64,000 nucleotides of DNA from an uncultured Rhodospirillaceae bacterium (GTDB taxonomy: Bacteria > Pseudomonadota > Alphaproteobacteria > Micavibrionales > UBA2020): contig CAYWIT010000015.1 in NCBI GenBank assembly GCA_964458415.1, forward strand, positions 3,192-67,191, given 5' to 3'. The position numbers and the translations under genes are program-made. The stretch's first letter is position 1. Each line of letters begins with the position of its first letter. Of the stretch, positions 44,135 through 54,573 are shown in pieces. The notes beneath the pieces are model-generated. The model saw only the letters and a program-made list of their open reading frames with translations, searched no databases and was not told where the DNA came from.

Positions 44135-44650
44135 TTAATGATTGTAAGCGGATGAATTCAAAGCGGGTTTCCTCCCTGAAGGGGGAGCTGGCGCAGGGGC
44201 GGGCGGTGCCGCGGCGGCTGTTTCTTTATCCGGTACGGCAGCTTTTTCACCCTGCGGCTTTTGCGGGGAGAATCCGGTTTCCCGGGTTTTATTCTGGACG
44301 CGTAAAAAATTGCGGGGACCTTCCGCGACGGGCGCGCCTTGCCCGTCCGTCTGTCCGTTTTCGCCGGTTTTTGCGCTGCGCTGCTTTTGTTCCTGCTGCC
44401 GCAGGCGTTGCTGACATTCCTGATAAGGCTTGTCAAAGTGGAGCCGGATTTCTTCCGCTGAATCGGGGGGGAGTTTTTTCAGGCAACCCTCGACCGAGGT
44501 GACAACCAGACTGCCGCTGCCGGTAGCTTCTTCGGCGGGCAACGGGATTATCTGGGCGTTTTCCGTTTCGGTACCGACAGCGCTTCCCGTCTGAAAAATC
44601 AGAATGATCGCTATAAGAGCCGGCAGATATCGTGTTTTATCGCGGTGCAT
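44135..44650 (-). CDS. Secreted hypothetical protein
   Basis: Signal peptide; two-Cys core (EGCL...YQECQQR); Pro/Ala-rich tail; start 1 nt from the upstream ankyrin stop. Confidence 0.7.
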   Translation of the reverse strand: MHRDKTRYLPALIAIILIFQTGSAVGTETENAQIIPLPAEEATGSGSLVVTSVEGCLKKLPPDSAEEIRLHFDKPYQECQQRLRQQEQKQRSAKTGENGQTDGQGAPVAEGPRNFLRVQNKTRETGFSPQKPQGEKAAVPDKETAAAAPPAPAPAPPSGRKPALNSSAYNH

Positions 44651-44651
44651 G

Positions 44652-46946
44652 TTATCCCATGCGCGGGGGTTTGAGGTTTTTACGCGCGGCCGGGCTGGTC
44701 CCTTGTCCGCCCAGCTTTTGCAGGGCCTCGATCATGATGGCGGCGCTGTCCTGCTGGTTGTTTTTCATCGCGGCATGCAGGGGCGTTTCGCCGGCTTTAT
44801 TGGTTATAGACAGGGGGGCCGCCTTTTTGTTGACAAGATAATCAACGACCATTTTGCGGCCGTTTTGCGCCGCGATGTGTAACGGGGTATCGCCATTGTT
44901 GTCTTTTGCATTGATGTCGGCCCCTGCCGCGATCAACAGGGAGAGGATATGCGGGTCCTCGCGCGTGGCGGCATAGTGCAGGAGAGTCCAGTTGTTGTGG
45001 TCGCGGAATTGATCCGGATGCATCTTTTGATGTTTCATATGGTTGATCAGGGTATGGGCAAGCCCGCCATGATCATAAAGGATGGCAAGGTGGATGGGAA
45101 AAAGGCCGTGTTTTCCGGGCAGCGCCGGATTGGCGCCCAGCTCGAGCAGCTTTTCCACCGGCATCTGCAGGCCCTTGCGGGCGGCGATATGCAGGGGGGT
45201 TTCCCCCTCGTTTTGCGACAGGGCGTTCCAGTCGATCTGGGCGGGGGAAAGCTTTTCTGCAAAAACGTCCAGCAGGCGGGTGCTGGCGGCATCGGCGATG
45301 TGATGCACGGCCGCCCAGCCGTCTTCGTCATGAACCCAGGGGTCGGCGCCGCGTTGCAGCAGGAGGGCGGCGGCGTCCGGTTTCTCGCGGCGGCAGGCGT
45401 TGATCAGCGCCGTCCGGCCTTTGTTATCCTGCGCGTCAATATCGAAGGGGGCCAGCGCCAGAAGGTCCCCGATCAGATTTTCCGAACCGTTGCGTGCCGC
45501 GTGATGCAGGGCGTTCCGGCCATAGCGGTCCTTTTTCAGGATATCGGCGCCGGCCTTGTGGAGAAGGGTGACAGCGGCGCGTTCGCCGGCGGTGGCGGCG
45601 GCCAGCAGGGGCGTAAGCCCTGCGGGGGTTCTGTCCGGCTCGTCAATTCTGGCGTTATACCGGATCAGCAGCAGCATGGCGTCCTTGTAGCCGCGGAAAG
45701 CCGCCAGATGCAGTGGGGCGTATTTTGTTTCCAGCGCGGGAGAGATATCGGGACTGGCGCCGCGCAGCAGCATATGGGCGATCAGTTCCGGTTTGTCGTC
45801 ATAGCTATAGCTGTAATGATCCATGGTGATGTCAAGGGGACGCTGGCCGAATTCGTTGAGCGCGTTCGGATTGGCGCCGACATCAAGGAGAGATTTCGCC
45901 TTGCCTGTTTCATTGCGGCCGCAGGCCTCGTGCAGGGCGGTCTGTCCGCTGCCGTCAACGGCGTTCAGGTCCATGCCGGCGGCATAGAGCGTGAGCAGGA
46001 CTTCATCGTAGTTTTTATTATTGATGATATGCGCCAGCGGCACCTTGTTGTCGGTGCTTTGCGGGCTTTTTTCAATGTCGATGCCCAGCTTGATCAGGCG
46101 GCGGATCATGCCGAGCGTGCCGTTTTCCGCCGCAATAAAAAGACCGTGCCGGTTTTTATTGTCGCGGCTGTTGATGTCGCTACCGGCCTGAACCAGCATT
46201 TCGGCAATGTCCGGATGGTTGAAATTGATGGCGGAGAGGAGCGGTGTAAATCCCTCGTGATAGGTTTTGTGAATGTTCAGGCTGGTTTTTACTTCCGGTA
46301 TTTCCAGCAGGATCTCGACGCCTTTGGTAAATCCCGCTTCGGCAGCAATGTGCAGCGGTGTTCTCAGCTCGTCGGTCCGCAGCAGCGGTTGCGCTCCCCT
46401 TGCCAGCAACAGGATCAGGGCATCTTCGTTTTTCAGCTGGGCGGCGAGGTGCAGCGCCGTTTTTCCATTCCAGTCCGCCTGATCGATATCAACGCCGAGA
46501 TTGACAAGATAGGGGATCAGGTCATTGCGGCTTTTTTCGATGGCGACATGAAGCGCTGTGCGCTTGTTGTCGGGGTGCGATTCCGGCCTTGCGCCGAGAC
46601 TTTGCAGATAGTCGAGAAACCCGATATCCGCCCCTTCCTGCAGCGCCCATTCAAAAGGCGAGAGCCCGTCGCCGTCTCTGGTTCGGAAGGTCGCGTTTTT
46701 TTCCAGCAGGGTTTCGATGGCACGGGTATCGCGGGCGCTGATGGCCGTATACAACGGTGTCTGGCCGTTATAGTCGGGCTGGTTCGGGTTGGCGCCGATT
46801 CGCAGCAGTTTCTGGAGGCCGTCAAAATCGCCTTTCAGCAGGGCGAGATGCAAAGCGGTATGTCCGTTTTGATCGAGCGGAGCATTGATCCCCTTGCCGG
46901 TGTTGCGGCGGGGCTTGGGGTCAAAGTCAAAATCATCGTAAGACAT
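44652..46946 (-). CDS. Large ankyrin-repeat protein (about 20 repeats)
   Basis: Many G.T.LH.A repeats throughout; ends ARKNLKPPRMG. Confidence 0.93.
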   Translation of the reverse strand: MSYDDFDFDPKPRRNTGKGINAPLDQNGHTALHLALLKGDFDGLQKLLRIGANPNQPDYNGQTPLYTAISARDTRAIETLLEKNATFRTRDGDGLSPFEWALQEGADIGFLDYLQSLGARPESHPDNKRTALHVAIEKSRNDLIPYLVNLGVDIDQADWNGKTALHLAAQLKNEDALILLLARGAQPLLRTDELRTPLHIAAEAGFTKGVEILLEIPEVKTSLNIHKTYHEGFTPLLSAINFNHPDIAEMLVQAGSDINSRDNKNRHGLFIAAENGTLGMIRRLIKLGIDIEKSPQSTDNKVPLAHIINNKNYDEVLLTLYAAGMDLNAVDGSGQTALHEACGRNETGKAKSLLDVGANPNALNEFGQRPLDITMDHYSYSYDDKPELIAHMLLRGASPDISPALETKYAPLHLAAFRGYKDAMLLLIRYNARIDEPDRTPAGLTPLLAAATAGERAAVTLLHKAGADILKKDRYGRNALHHAARNGSENLIGDLLALAPFDIDAQDNKGRTALINACRREKPDAAALLLQRGADPWVHDEDGWAAVHHIADAASTRLLDVFAEKLSPAQIDWNALSQNEGETPLHIAARKGLQMPVEKLLELGANPALPGKHGLFPIHLAILYDHGGLAHTLINHMKHQKMHPDQFRDHNNWTLLHYAATREDPHILSLLIAAGADINAKDNNGDTPLHIAAQNGRKMVVDYLVNKKAAPLSITNKAGETPLHAAMKNNQQDSAAIMIEALQKLGGQGTSPAARKNLKPPRMG

Positions 46947-47037
46947 GTGCTGCCTTTTCAAAAAATATCGCGGATTTTTTGCCAGAGGCAAAAGTTTACC
47001 GGCTGTATTTTTAATGCGCTGTAATCAGAAGGTTATT

Positions 47038-48252
47038 TTAGGGATGTCGGCTGGGAACGTCTATAGTCTTCTTCCCGGCTATTTTGAGCTGTTGCAACGC
47101 AGCAAGCTCCGCCAGCTGCAGCCGGGCGGTTATGGAATTTTGCGGGCCGTGAATTTTGCCGGAGAGCTGGTAGGCGGTTTCACCGGCTTTTGATTGCAAA
47201 AGGGGATCGGCCTTGAAACGCAACAGCAGATCGACAACATCAAGCTGGCCATGAGTGACGGCCATGTGCAGCGGCGTGGAAGATTGTCCCGGCTGGTTTG
47301 GATCGGCGCCGTGTTCCAGCAGATAAGCAATGGCCTTCAGTGGGAGCCGTTCGATAAGGGCACAGTGCAGCGGAAACCAGTGATAGCTGTTTGGCAGATT
47401 GATAATGTCCGGCCTCCGCGCCAGCAGCAGGTCTGTTAAAGCATACTCCTCCAGCCGGAGCGCTGCCAGCAAAGGTGTTTTTCCGGGGTTGCCCGGGCTG
47501 AAGGCGGGATCGGCGTGATATTCGAGCAGCAACGCGGTAGAGGCGGTGTTCCGTCCTTCAATGGCCGAGACAAGCGGCGAGGAAAAGTTGTTCTGGCCCG
47601 GAACACCGCTATCCGGATTGGCTCCGGCGTCCAGCAGCAGTTTCATCAGTTCGGTATTCCTGCGCAAGGTGGCATGGTGAAGCGCTGAAAAAGGACTGTT
47701 TTTGGCGCGCAGGTTCGGATCTGCGCCGGCTTCCAGCAGCGCTGCCACGCAAGAGGCAGAACCACAGGCGATATAATGGAAGAGCAAGGGCGTGTGCATA
47801 TCATCCATGCCGTCCGGATCGGCGCCGGCTTCCAGCAGGGCGGAAACAATGGCTTCCTCGACGGGGTCGGGCAAGGGGCTGCTCTCGGGAACATAAATGC
47901 GGTTTTGCGCATAGGCACGCACACAGGCAAGAAGCGAGATTCCGGTTTCTGTCTCGTATTTTCCGACATCGGCGCCGGCTCGCAGCAGGGCATTGATAAC
48001 CGGAAGATCCTGATTTTTCACGGCGGCGGACAGCGGAGAATCGTTGCCGGCATCGCGACGATTGATCAGGGCGCCTGCGGCAACCAGCTGCGCCACCTGT
48101 CCGGCGGCAAGCTGTTCGCGCCGGACAAGATAATGAAAGGCCGTGGTGTTTTCACGGGTGCAAACGGCATTGGGGTTTTCAAGCGCTGTTGCAAAAGAAA
48201 CCGTCTGAAAAATATTTTTAAGGGAAGGGACGGACATGAACGGCCCCTTCAA
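47038..48252 (-). CDS. Ankyrin-repeat protein
   Basis: SPLSAAV, SALHHAT, SPLVSAI, TPLHMAV repeats. Confidence 0.9.
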   Translation of the reverse strand: MKGPFMSVPSLKNIFQTVSFATALENPNAVCTRENTTAFHYLVRREQLAAGQVAQLVAAGALINRRDAGNDSPLSAAVKNQDLPVINALLRAGADVGKYETETGISLLACVRAYAQNRIYVPESSPLPDPVEEAIVSALLEAGADPDGMDDMHTPLLFHYIACGSASCVAALLEAGADPNLRAKNSPFSALHHATLRRNTELMKLLLDAGANPDSGVPGQNNFSSPLVSAIEGRNTASTALLLEYHADPAFSPGNPGKTPLLAALRLEEYALTDLLLARRPDIINLPNSYHWFPLHCALIERLPLKAIAYLLEHGADPNQPGQSSTPLHMAVTHGQLDVVDLLLRFKADPLLQSKAGETAYQLSGKIHGPQNSITARLQLAELAALQQLKIAGKKTIDVPSRHP

Positions 48253-48740
48253 AGTCTGCTGATATAGGCGAGCGGCTTTTTGATCCGGATATTGCGTTGC
48301 AGGGAGGCATCAAAGCTATGTGGTTTTTTCTGGGCCGCCTCATAATGCGCCCGTCGTAAGACGCGGGACATTTTTTCGTTATGGCAGTCCTCTGCAATCA
48401 TCAGGGCGTTTTTTTCATCGTCACGGGTCAGATTGATATCGCTGCCCGCGGCGATTATTCTTTCTGCGGTGTTAAAGCTGTCGCGGCATTTGGCCAGCAG
48501 CATCAAAGGCGTCTCCTGCCGGTTGTTGCGGGCGTTAATATCAGCTTCAAGGCCCAGTAGCGTTGCGACGGTGAGGGCAAAGCCTTCGCCGGCAGCGAGA
48601 TGGAGAGCGCTGTTGCCTTGCGGGTCGCGGGCGTTCAGATCGGCGCCATCGCTAAAAAAGCCGAGCAGGGATTCAAAATCCCCGCGCTTTGCGGCGGCGA
48701 GAAAACTGGCATTCAGAGAGGTCTTTTTTGTCTTTGTCAT
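48249..48740 (-). CDS. Small ankyrin-repeat protein with basic C-terminal motif
   Basis: GNSALHLAAGEG, ETPLMLLA; ends FDASLQRNIRIKKPLAYISRL. Confidence 0.85.
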   Translation of the reverse strand: MTKTKKTSLNASFLAAAKRGDFESLLGFFSDGADLNARDPQGNSALHLAAGEGFALTVATLLGLEADINARNNRQETPLMLLAKCRDSFNTAERIIAAGSDINLTRDDEKNALMIAEDCHNEKMSRVLRRAHYEAAQKKPHSFDASLQRNIRIKKPLAYISRL

Positions 48741-48937
48741 TTTTGACCAAGGCCTTCTTTTCTCAGAATCTGTCTTTTCATCGGATAAAACACTTATAAT
48801 TGCATTTACCGGACAGGGCAATTATAATTATGTTATGATATTATGTCTATGAATATTAATATATACTTGATTTATAATGATATTTTTGAATATCATAGAT
48901 CTGGCGAAAGCAAATAACGGGCAAGGAGGAAACAGCC

Positions 48938-49618
48938 ATGCGCTTGAAAGAACGGGGGAATGCGATGTTTCTTGTCCTGATCGGGGTGGCTTTATTTGCG
49001 GCGCTGATTTTTGCCATTGCCGGTGATCGTGGGGATTTGCAGGGCACGCTGGGAGAAGAAGAAGCCCGGCTGGTTGCCAGCGAAATGATTCAATATGGCG
49101 ATTCGCTGCGGCTGATAACGGCAAAGATGCTGCGGGTGGGCGGCGTGGCGGATACGAATACGGCGGGTCATGGCATCCTGTTCTCCGCCCAGAGCGCCCA
49201 TGCCGATTACGGTGTGGCAGGGGCGCAGCCGACAACGGAAATCTTCCATGCTTCCGGCGGGGGGGCGTCTTATCAGGCCCCGCCAGCGGGGGCCTGTCCG
49301 GCGGCTTGCGCCTACGAGTTTACCGGACAGCTGAATATCACGGGGGTCGAGACGGCATCGAAATATGAACTGGCGATGATTCTTTCCGGGGTTGATTCCA
49401 AAGTATGCCAGTATATCAACAGCATTCAGCAGCGGGGCTGGTCCACTATTCCTGTCGGAGCGCTGATAACGCTGGAGCGTTTTGACGGCACAAATTACGG
49501 CGATACCGGCGGCGGCAACACGCTTACGCTGGCGGCTGGTTTTACGGGGTTGCGTTCATTTTGTTACGAGATGATGTCCGGCGCCAATGTTTTCGTGCAT
49601 GTGCTGCACGGGCGCTGA
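48938..49618 (+). CDS. PilX/minor-pilin-like protein (G|N-hydrophobic N-terminus, no E5)
   Basis: MRLKERG|NAMFLVLIGVALFAALIFAIA; Cys pairs in globular domain; paralog at 59715-60431. Confidence 0.6.
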   Translation: MRLKERGNAMFLVLIGVALFAALIFAIAGDRGDLQGTLGEEEARLVASEMIQYGDSLRLITAKMLRVGGVADTNTAGHGILFSAQSAHADYGVAGAQPTTEIFHASGGGASYQAPPAGACPAACAYEFTGQLNITGVETASKYELAMILSGVDSKVCQYINSIQQRGWSTIPVGALITLERFDGTNYGDTGGGNTLTLAAGFTGLRSFCYEMMSGANVFVHVLHGR

Positions 49619-49620
49619 GT

Positions 49621-51285
49621 CTAATCAAAAAAATCGTTGTTGTGGCGGCGCGGCGTGGACCGGCGCTTGGGCTGGTAACGAATGCCCTTTTTCTGCAGGT
49701 GTTTCTTGAACTGCTCGGAGATCCCCGTCTGTGACAGCGAAAAGGCGAAATCGTAAGCGGTCATGCCCCGGCTGTCCCTGATCAGGGGATCGGCATTATG
49801 TGCGAGCAAAGTGTTGACGATCGTCTCGGGATGATAGCCGTTGAGAATGGCAAGATGCAGCGGGGTCCGGCCCAGATGGTCCTGCGCATCGGGGGAAGCG
49901 CCGTGGCGCAGGAGAATTTCGGTCTCCACCTCAAGCCCCCTTTCCGCCGCGATATGGAGGGCTGTTGACTTTTCTTCTCCGACGACAGCATTCGGGTCGG
50001 CTTTGTTTTTCAACAGGGCCGTGATCAGGGCGAAGCGCCGCTGGCGCAAAGCCAGATGGAGCGGAGCAAGGCCGTTGGCGGCGGCGATATTGGGATCGGC
50101 GCCCTGTTCAAGGAAGACGAGCGCCGGAACGATATTGTGTTCAAGCGCGGCGGTCATCAGCGGGGTATAGCCGGTTTTGTCCTGAACATTCAGTTCGGCG
50201 CCAGCCGCGATCAGGTCGGCAATGGTGCGCTCCTGAATCTGCGCGGTGCAGAAATGCAATACCGCCCGCCCCTGACCGTCCAGCGCCTTGGTATCGACGC
50301 CGGCTGCCAGAAGGATTTTGACAATCGCGTCATTTCCGCGATAGGCCGCCGTCATCAAGGGAGTCCGGTCCGCGCCATCCCGGGCCTCGGGATCGGCGCC
50401 ATTTTCCAGCAGCATGGTCGCCATCAGCGCGTTGTTATTGCGGATGGCGAGATGCAAAAGCGGCAGCGGGGATGGCGGGTGCGATTTCGCAGTGTCGCCG
50501 CCGCGGGAAATCAGCCGCTGCGCCAGCGCGATATTGTCCGTTTGCACGGCGTCATGAATGGCGGTCATCCCGTTTTTATCGGTGAGATTGATCAGGGCGC
50601 CGTGTTCGGCCATTTTCAGGACGAGGGCATCCTTCTTTTTCGCGGCGGCGAGATGCAGGGGCGAGCGGCCTTCGGTGGTGACGGCATTGACCAGTGCCAC
50701 GGCCTCGGTGCCGAGGAGGTATTCGGCCACGTCGGTATTTCTCTGCAAGGCCGCGAAATGCAGGGCGGTGGCGCCGTTCCGGTCGGCAGAATAGATGTGG
50801 ACCCGCTCGAAGAGGAAGGCTTCGACGATATCCAGCGTGTTGTTCTCGCAGGCGAGCAGAAAGGGCGTCATGCCGCGGCCATCGGGCAGATCGGGGTTGT
50901 CCACGGCCTGCAAAAGGCGCCTGACGATGGCGATGCCGCTTTGTGTGGCGGCCAGATGCAACGGCGACTGGCCCGTCTGGTCGGCTTTTTCTGCGCCAGC
51001 CCCGGCAGAGAGAAGAAGATCTATAAGCGTTATATCGTTCAGCAGAACGGCGTGATGCAGCGCGGTTTTTCCCGTCTTGTCGGTTTTATCAGGATCAGCC
51101 CCGGATTTTAGAAGTTTGACCAGCAAATCGGCATCGCGTCCCTGCACGGCGGCGATAAGTTTGGTCTGGCCGGTGTCGGCGTTGACGATGCCATCGGGGG
51201 CGGCTTCGTTGAACTGATTCCTTGCGCTGGCAGGGTTTTCGGAGCTTTGTTTGGCCCGACGCTTCGCATTCCGGTTAAATTGCAT
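49621..51285 (-). CDS. Ankyrin-repeat protein (about 14 repeats)
   Basis: GKTALHHAV, GQSPLHLAA, GATALHFAA, RTPLMTAA, etc. Confidence 0.93.
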   Translation of the reverse strand: MQFNRNAKRRAKQSSENPASARNQFNEAAPDGIVNADTGQTKLIAAVQGRDADLLVKLLKSGADPDKTDKTGKTALHHAVLLNDITLIDLLLSAGAGAEKADQTGQSPLHLAATQSGIAIVRRLLQAVDNPDLPDGRGMTPFLLACENNTLDIVEAFLFERVHIYSADRNGATALHFAALQRNTDVAEYLLGTEAVALVNAVTTEGRSPLHLAAAKKKDALVLKMAEHGALINLTDKNGMTAIHDAVQTDNIALAQRLISRGGDTAKSHPPSPLPLLHLAIRNNNALMATMLLENGADPEARDGADRTPLMTAAYRGNDAIVKILLAAGVDTKALDGQGRAVLHFCTAQIQERTIADLIAAGAELNVQDKTGYTPLMTAALEHNIVPALVFLEQGADPNIAAANGLAPLHLALRQRRFALITALLKNKADPNAVVGEEKSTALHIAAERGLEVETEILLRHGASPDAQDHLGRTPLHLAILNGYHPETIVNTLLAHNADPLIRDSRGMTAYDFAFSLSQTGISEQFKKHLQKKGIRYQPKRRSTPRRHNNDFFD

Positions 51286-51324
51286 GGGCCCTCCTGTCCT
51301 TGATTCAGACCATGTGTTTGTCGG

Positions 51325-52392
51325 TTACGGTCTGTGCTTGCGGTAGTTTTTCTCAAAGAATTTTTGCTCGGCCAGAGCTTCGGCTTCCTTGAGCAGGGCG
51401 TAATGGTTGACCATATGAGAATGGTCGGCAAGGCGCGCGGCGGTCCGGTTAAAGGCATCTGTCAACAGCGGATCGGCGCCGGAATTGAGCAATAGGCGGA
51501 TGACTTCAAGGCCGCCGTTTTTTGTAGCGGCCCGCATCAGCGCGGTTTCGCCATTTCCCGGCAGACGCCGGATATTGGTTTCGGCGCCGGCGTCGAGCAG
51601 CATGCGAACCAATATCAAGTTTCCGTCACCGGCAGCAAGCATGAGCGGCGTCAGGCCCGCCTCTGTCACGGCGTTGACGTCTGCGCCGGCTTGCAGCAGT
51701 TGCTGGACGGTGGTGGAACGGCCGCTCTGTACGGCGTAATGCAGGGCGGTCATACCGCTGCCGGACTGCGGCTGGTCCAGTTCGGCGCCGGCTTCCAGCA
51801 GGCGGGCGATAATGATCCCCTGATTTTGCTGGGCCGCCAGTTGCAGGGGCGTCAGGCGTTCGGGGCCGGATTCCATATCCAGAAAAGCGCCGGCGGCGAT
51901 CAACGGGCGGACGCATTCGCTGCGGGACATTTTTATCGCGATGTGGAGGCAGGACAGACCTTCGAATTTTCCTTCCGGCGTGACGCCGATCTGGTTGACG
52001 AAGATATCGGCATGGTTTTCCAGCAGGGTTTTGACGACTTTGTCCTGTCCGGTGTAGACCGCCAGAAAAAGGGCGTTGAAGCGGCGCTGGCTGTCGATGT
52101 CGAAAAACATCTCGCTGCCGAGATCGAGAAGGCATTTCACCAGACGGGAATTGCCGGAGGTGATGGCAACGCCGAGGGGCGTCATGTCCTTTTTATTGCG
52201 GATATCGATATTGGCGCCCAGCTCCAGCACGGCTTCGCGTACAAGTTCCGGCGGCGCGTCGGTGCGGCACAGTTCGTGCAAATAGGTATTGCCGTCCATA
52301 TAGAGTGCGGCGTTGACTTGCGCGGCGGCGGGCTTCGACAAACCAAAATATCTTTTTTCTGGGAGCACGGCGCCTCCTTCGCGGGTCTGCAA
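51325..52392 (-). CDS. Ankyrin-repeat protein
   Basis: GNTYLHELC, MTPLGVAI, GMTALHYAV, LTPLMLAA, ETALMRAA. Confidence 0.92.
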   Translation of the reverse strand: MQTREGGAVLPEKRYFGLSKPAAAQVNAALYMDGNTYLHELCRTDAPPELVREAVLELGANIDIRNKKDMTPLGVAITSGNSRLVKCLLDLGSEMFFDIDSQRRFNALFLAVYTGQDKVVKTLLENHADIFVNQIGVTPEGKFEGLSCLHIAIKMSRSECVRPLIAAGAFLDMESGPERLTPLQLAAQQNQGIIIARLLEAGAELDQPQSGSGMTALHYAVQSGRSTTVQQLLQAGADVNAVTEAGLTPLMLAAGDGNLILVRMLLDAGAETNIRRLPGNGETALMRAATKNGGLEVIRLLLNSGADPLLTDAFNRTAARLADHSHMVNHYALLKEAEALAEQKFFEKNYRKHRP

Positions 52393-52455
52393 TCAAAGTC
52401 TTGCGTTAGAGGCATTATTACCCATCTGCCTCTTCATTCAAAGCCGTTTTTGGTA

Positions 52456-53898
52456 TTAAAAGGTCCAATGACCGTTGTCAGAAGGTCTGGCCTTGGCGAT
52501 GTGCTGCATTTTTTTGCTTTGCCGGACATGAAGGGCTTTTTCCAAAAGACCGATAATCTCTTCCGTTCCCTTTGTTCTGCGGGCATGGGAAAGGGCGGAG
52601 CTGTTTGCGGCATCGCACAATGCCGGATTGGCGTTCCGCTGGAGAAGCAGCGCCACGCCCTGTGTATTTCCGGCGCAGACGGCGGTGATCAGGGGCGTTT
52701 TCGCATCTTGTGTATTACGGGCGTTGACATGGGCGCCTTGCTGCAGCAGTTGCGTCAGGATGTCATGATCTTTCCGGCGCAAGGCATGAAAAAGAGGCGT
52801 ATCGCCGTTTTTGTCATGGATCTCCAGCTGGAGCGGATATTGCAGCAGCGCCTGCAGGGATTTTTTGCCGTCGGCGGCCTGAATGGCGGCATGTAACGGC
52901 GCCATCCCTGAAAGGGGGGAGAGGATATCCGGATCGGCACCGGCTGCGAGCAGGCAGGTAATGATTGCCGCGCGGGCGGCTTCGTCCCGGATTTCGGAAG
53001 CGGTGATGGCGGTCATCAGCGGCGTCTCTTTTCCGGCGGCGGGTTTGTTCAGGTCGGCGCCGGCCTGAACAAGCAGGCGGACGATTTCCGGATCGGCGCC
53101 AAGAATGGCTTTCTCCAGCGGGGTTTCGCCGGTATCATCGGGCTTGTTGACCAGCGCCCCTTTTGCGATCATTTTGCCGACGGCGGCTGTTTCACCGCGC
53201 TCGATGGCCAGATGAAAGGCATTGCGTTTGCTTTCGTCCGTATCGGCATAAAAATCATTTAGACCGTCGATGACGCCGGGGTGGTCCAGCAACATGGCGG
53301 TGATTTCCGGCTGCCGCCTTGAAATGGCGATCAGGAGCGGGGTCGCGCCGTTGTTCGTGCGTTCATTGGCATCGGCGCCGGCGGCAAGCAAAGCGGCCAC
53401 GGCGGGCGCCTTGCCCTTTTCCGTGGCGCGGTGGAGCAGCGTCCAGCCATTAATGTGGTGTCCGGGGATAAAGCCGCCCAGCCGCGCCAGCAGGATAACT
53501 GCATTATTGCTGCCGTAATTGACGGCGTCTTCCAGCGGGGTGCGGTCGGGATTCCCGTCCTTGCCGCGCGTCGGCGTGGCGCCGGATTCGATCAGCAGGG
53601 TAATCATTTCCGCCAGATTGCCGCGCGCCGCGATATGCAGGGCGGTATTCCCGTTTTTATCATAGGCGTTCGGATCGACACCTTCCGCCAGCAGGGCGCT
53701 CACATCCTGCAACCTGTTGTTCTTTACGGCTTTGAAAAAGGCGAGGGTCGCCGGAGAGGGGTCTTTTTCCGGGGTATCGGGTTTTGTGCCGAGGTTGCGG
53801 TTGCTTGTCCGGTTGAAAGCGCCGGTAATATTATCAACAGCTTTTTCAAAGCCGTTGCGGTGGTCTTCTTTCGGTGTGTTGTCGTCATTCAGGCTCAT
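52456..53898 (-). CDS. Ankyrin-repeat protein
   Basis: GNTALHIAA, GWTLLHRA, GATPLLIA, GETPLEKA, GDTPLFHA. Confidence 0.93.
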   Translation of the reverse strand: MSLNDDNTPKEDHRNGFEKAVDNITGAFNRTSNRNLGTKPDTPEKDPSPATLAFFKAVKNNRLQDVSALLAEGVDPNAYDKNGNTALHIAARGNLAEMITLLIESGATPTRGKDGNPDRTPLEDAVNYGSNNAVILLARLGGFIPGHHINGWTLLHRATEKGKAPAVAALLAAGADANERTNNGATPLLIAISRRQPEITAMLLDHPGVIDGLNDFYADTDESKRNAFHLAIERGETAAVGKMIAKGALVNKPDDTGETPLEKAILGADPEIVRLLVQAGADLNKPAAGKETPLMTAITASEIRDEAARAAIITCLLAAGADPDILSPLSGMAPLHAAIQAADGKKSLQALLQYPLQLEIHDKNGDTPLFHALRRKDHDILTQLLQQGAHVNARNTQDAKTPLITAVCAGNTQGVALLLQRNANPALCDAANSSALSHARRTKGTEEIIGLLEKALHVRQSKKMQHIAKARPSDNGHWTF

Positions 53899-54027
53899 GG
53901 AGCCGTGCCCTTTCCCTCGGGGAAAAACTGAAAACCAGCGCTCTTTTCATATAAGGGCATAAGTAGCATAACAACGGGCAAGCCGCAAGGCTGCCATTAT
54001 TTTACATATTTAATAATTGCGGTAATA

Positions 54028-54573
54028 TTACTGTGGTGCTGGTGGTTTATGCCGCTGCAAGGAAGCGGTGTTTTGACCGTTGGCTTGTTTCATCGCCATA
54101 TATTCTTTCAGTTTTTCTGCTGCAGCGGTGTTTTCCTCCCAGAGCTGCATGTAATTCCGCGGGCTCCAGCCATGGCCATCGGTTTTGTCGCCATCGGCGC
54201 CAGCCTTGATCAGCAGCGCGATAATCTCTTTGCGGCAGCGCAATCCGCCCGATAAAGCGGCGGCATGCAGCGGAGTCCAGCCCTTGCCGTTATCGCTGTT
54301 GACATCGGCGCCAGCCTTGATCAGGGCTTCCACAATATCCGTTTCGCCCCAATAGGCAGCGATGTGCAGCGCAGTCAGGCCGCGGGCGTCTCGGGTCTCT
54401 GGATCGGCGCCGTTTTTCAGCAGGCGTTTGACTTCGTTCAGGCTGCCCTGCCGCACGGCTTTGAGAAGGCGTGTTTCACCGTGGGCATCCTTGTTGTTGA
54501 TGCCGCGCCCCGTCAGCGTATTAAAAAGATTGTTTAAACCTGGCATCCCAAACCCCATCTCAGAATAATGCAA
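54028..54573 (-). CDS. Small ankyrin-repeat protein (start probably at MPGLNN)
   Basis: GETRLLKAV, GLTALHIAAYWG, GWTPLHAAA. Confidence 0.9.
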   Translation of the reverse strand: MHYSEMGFGMPGLNNLFNTLTGRGINNKDAHGETRLLKAVRQGSLNEVKRLLKNGADPETRDARGLTALHIAAYWGETDIVEALIKAGADVNSDNGKGWTPLHAAALSGGLRCRKEIIALLIKAGADGDKTDGHGWSPRNYMQLWEENTAAAEKLKEYMAMKQANGQNTASLQRHKPPAPQ

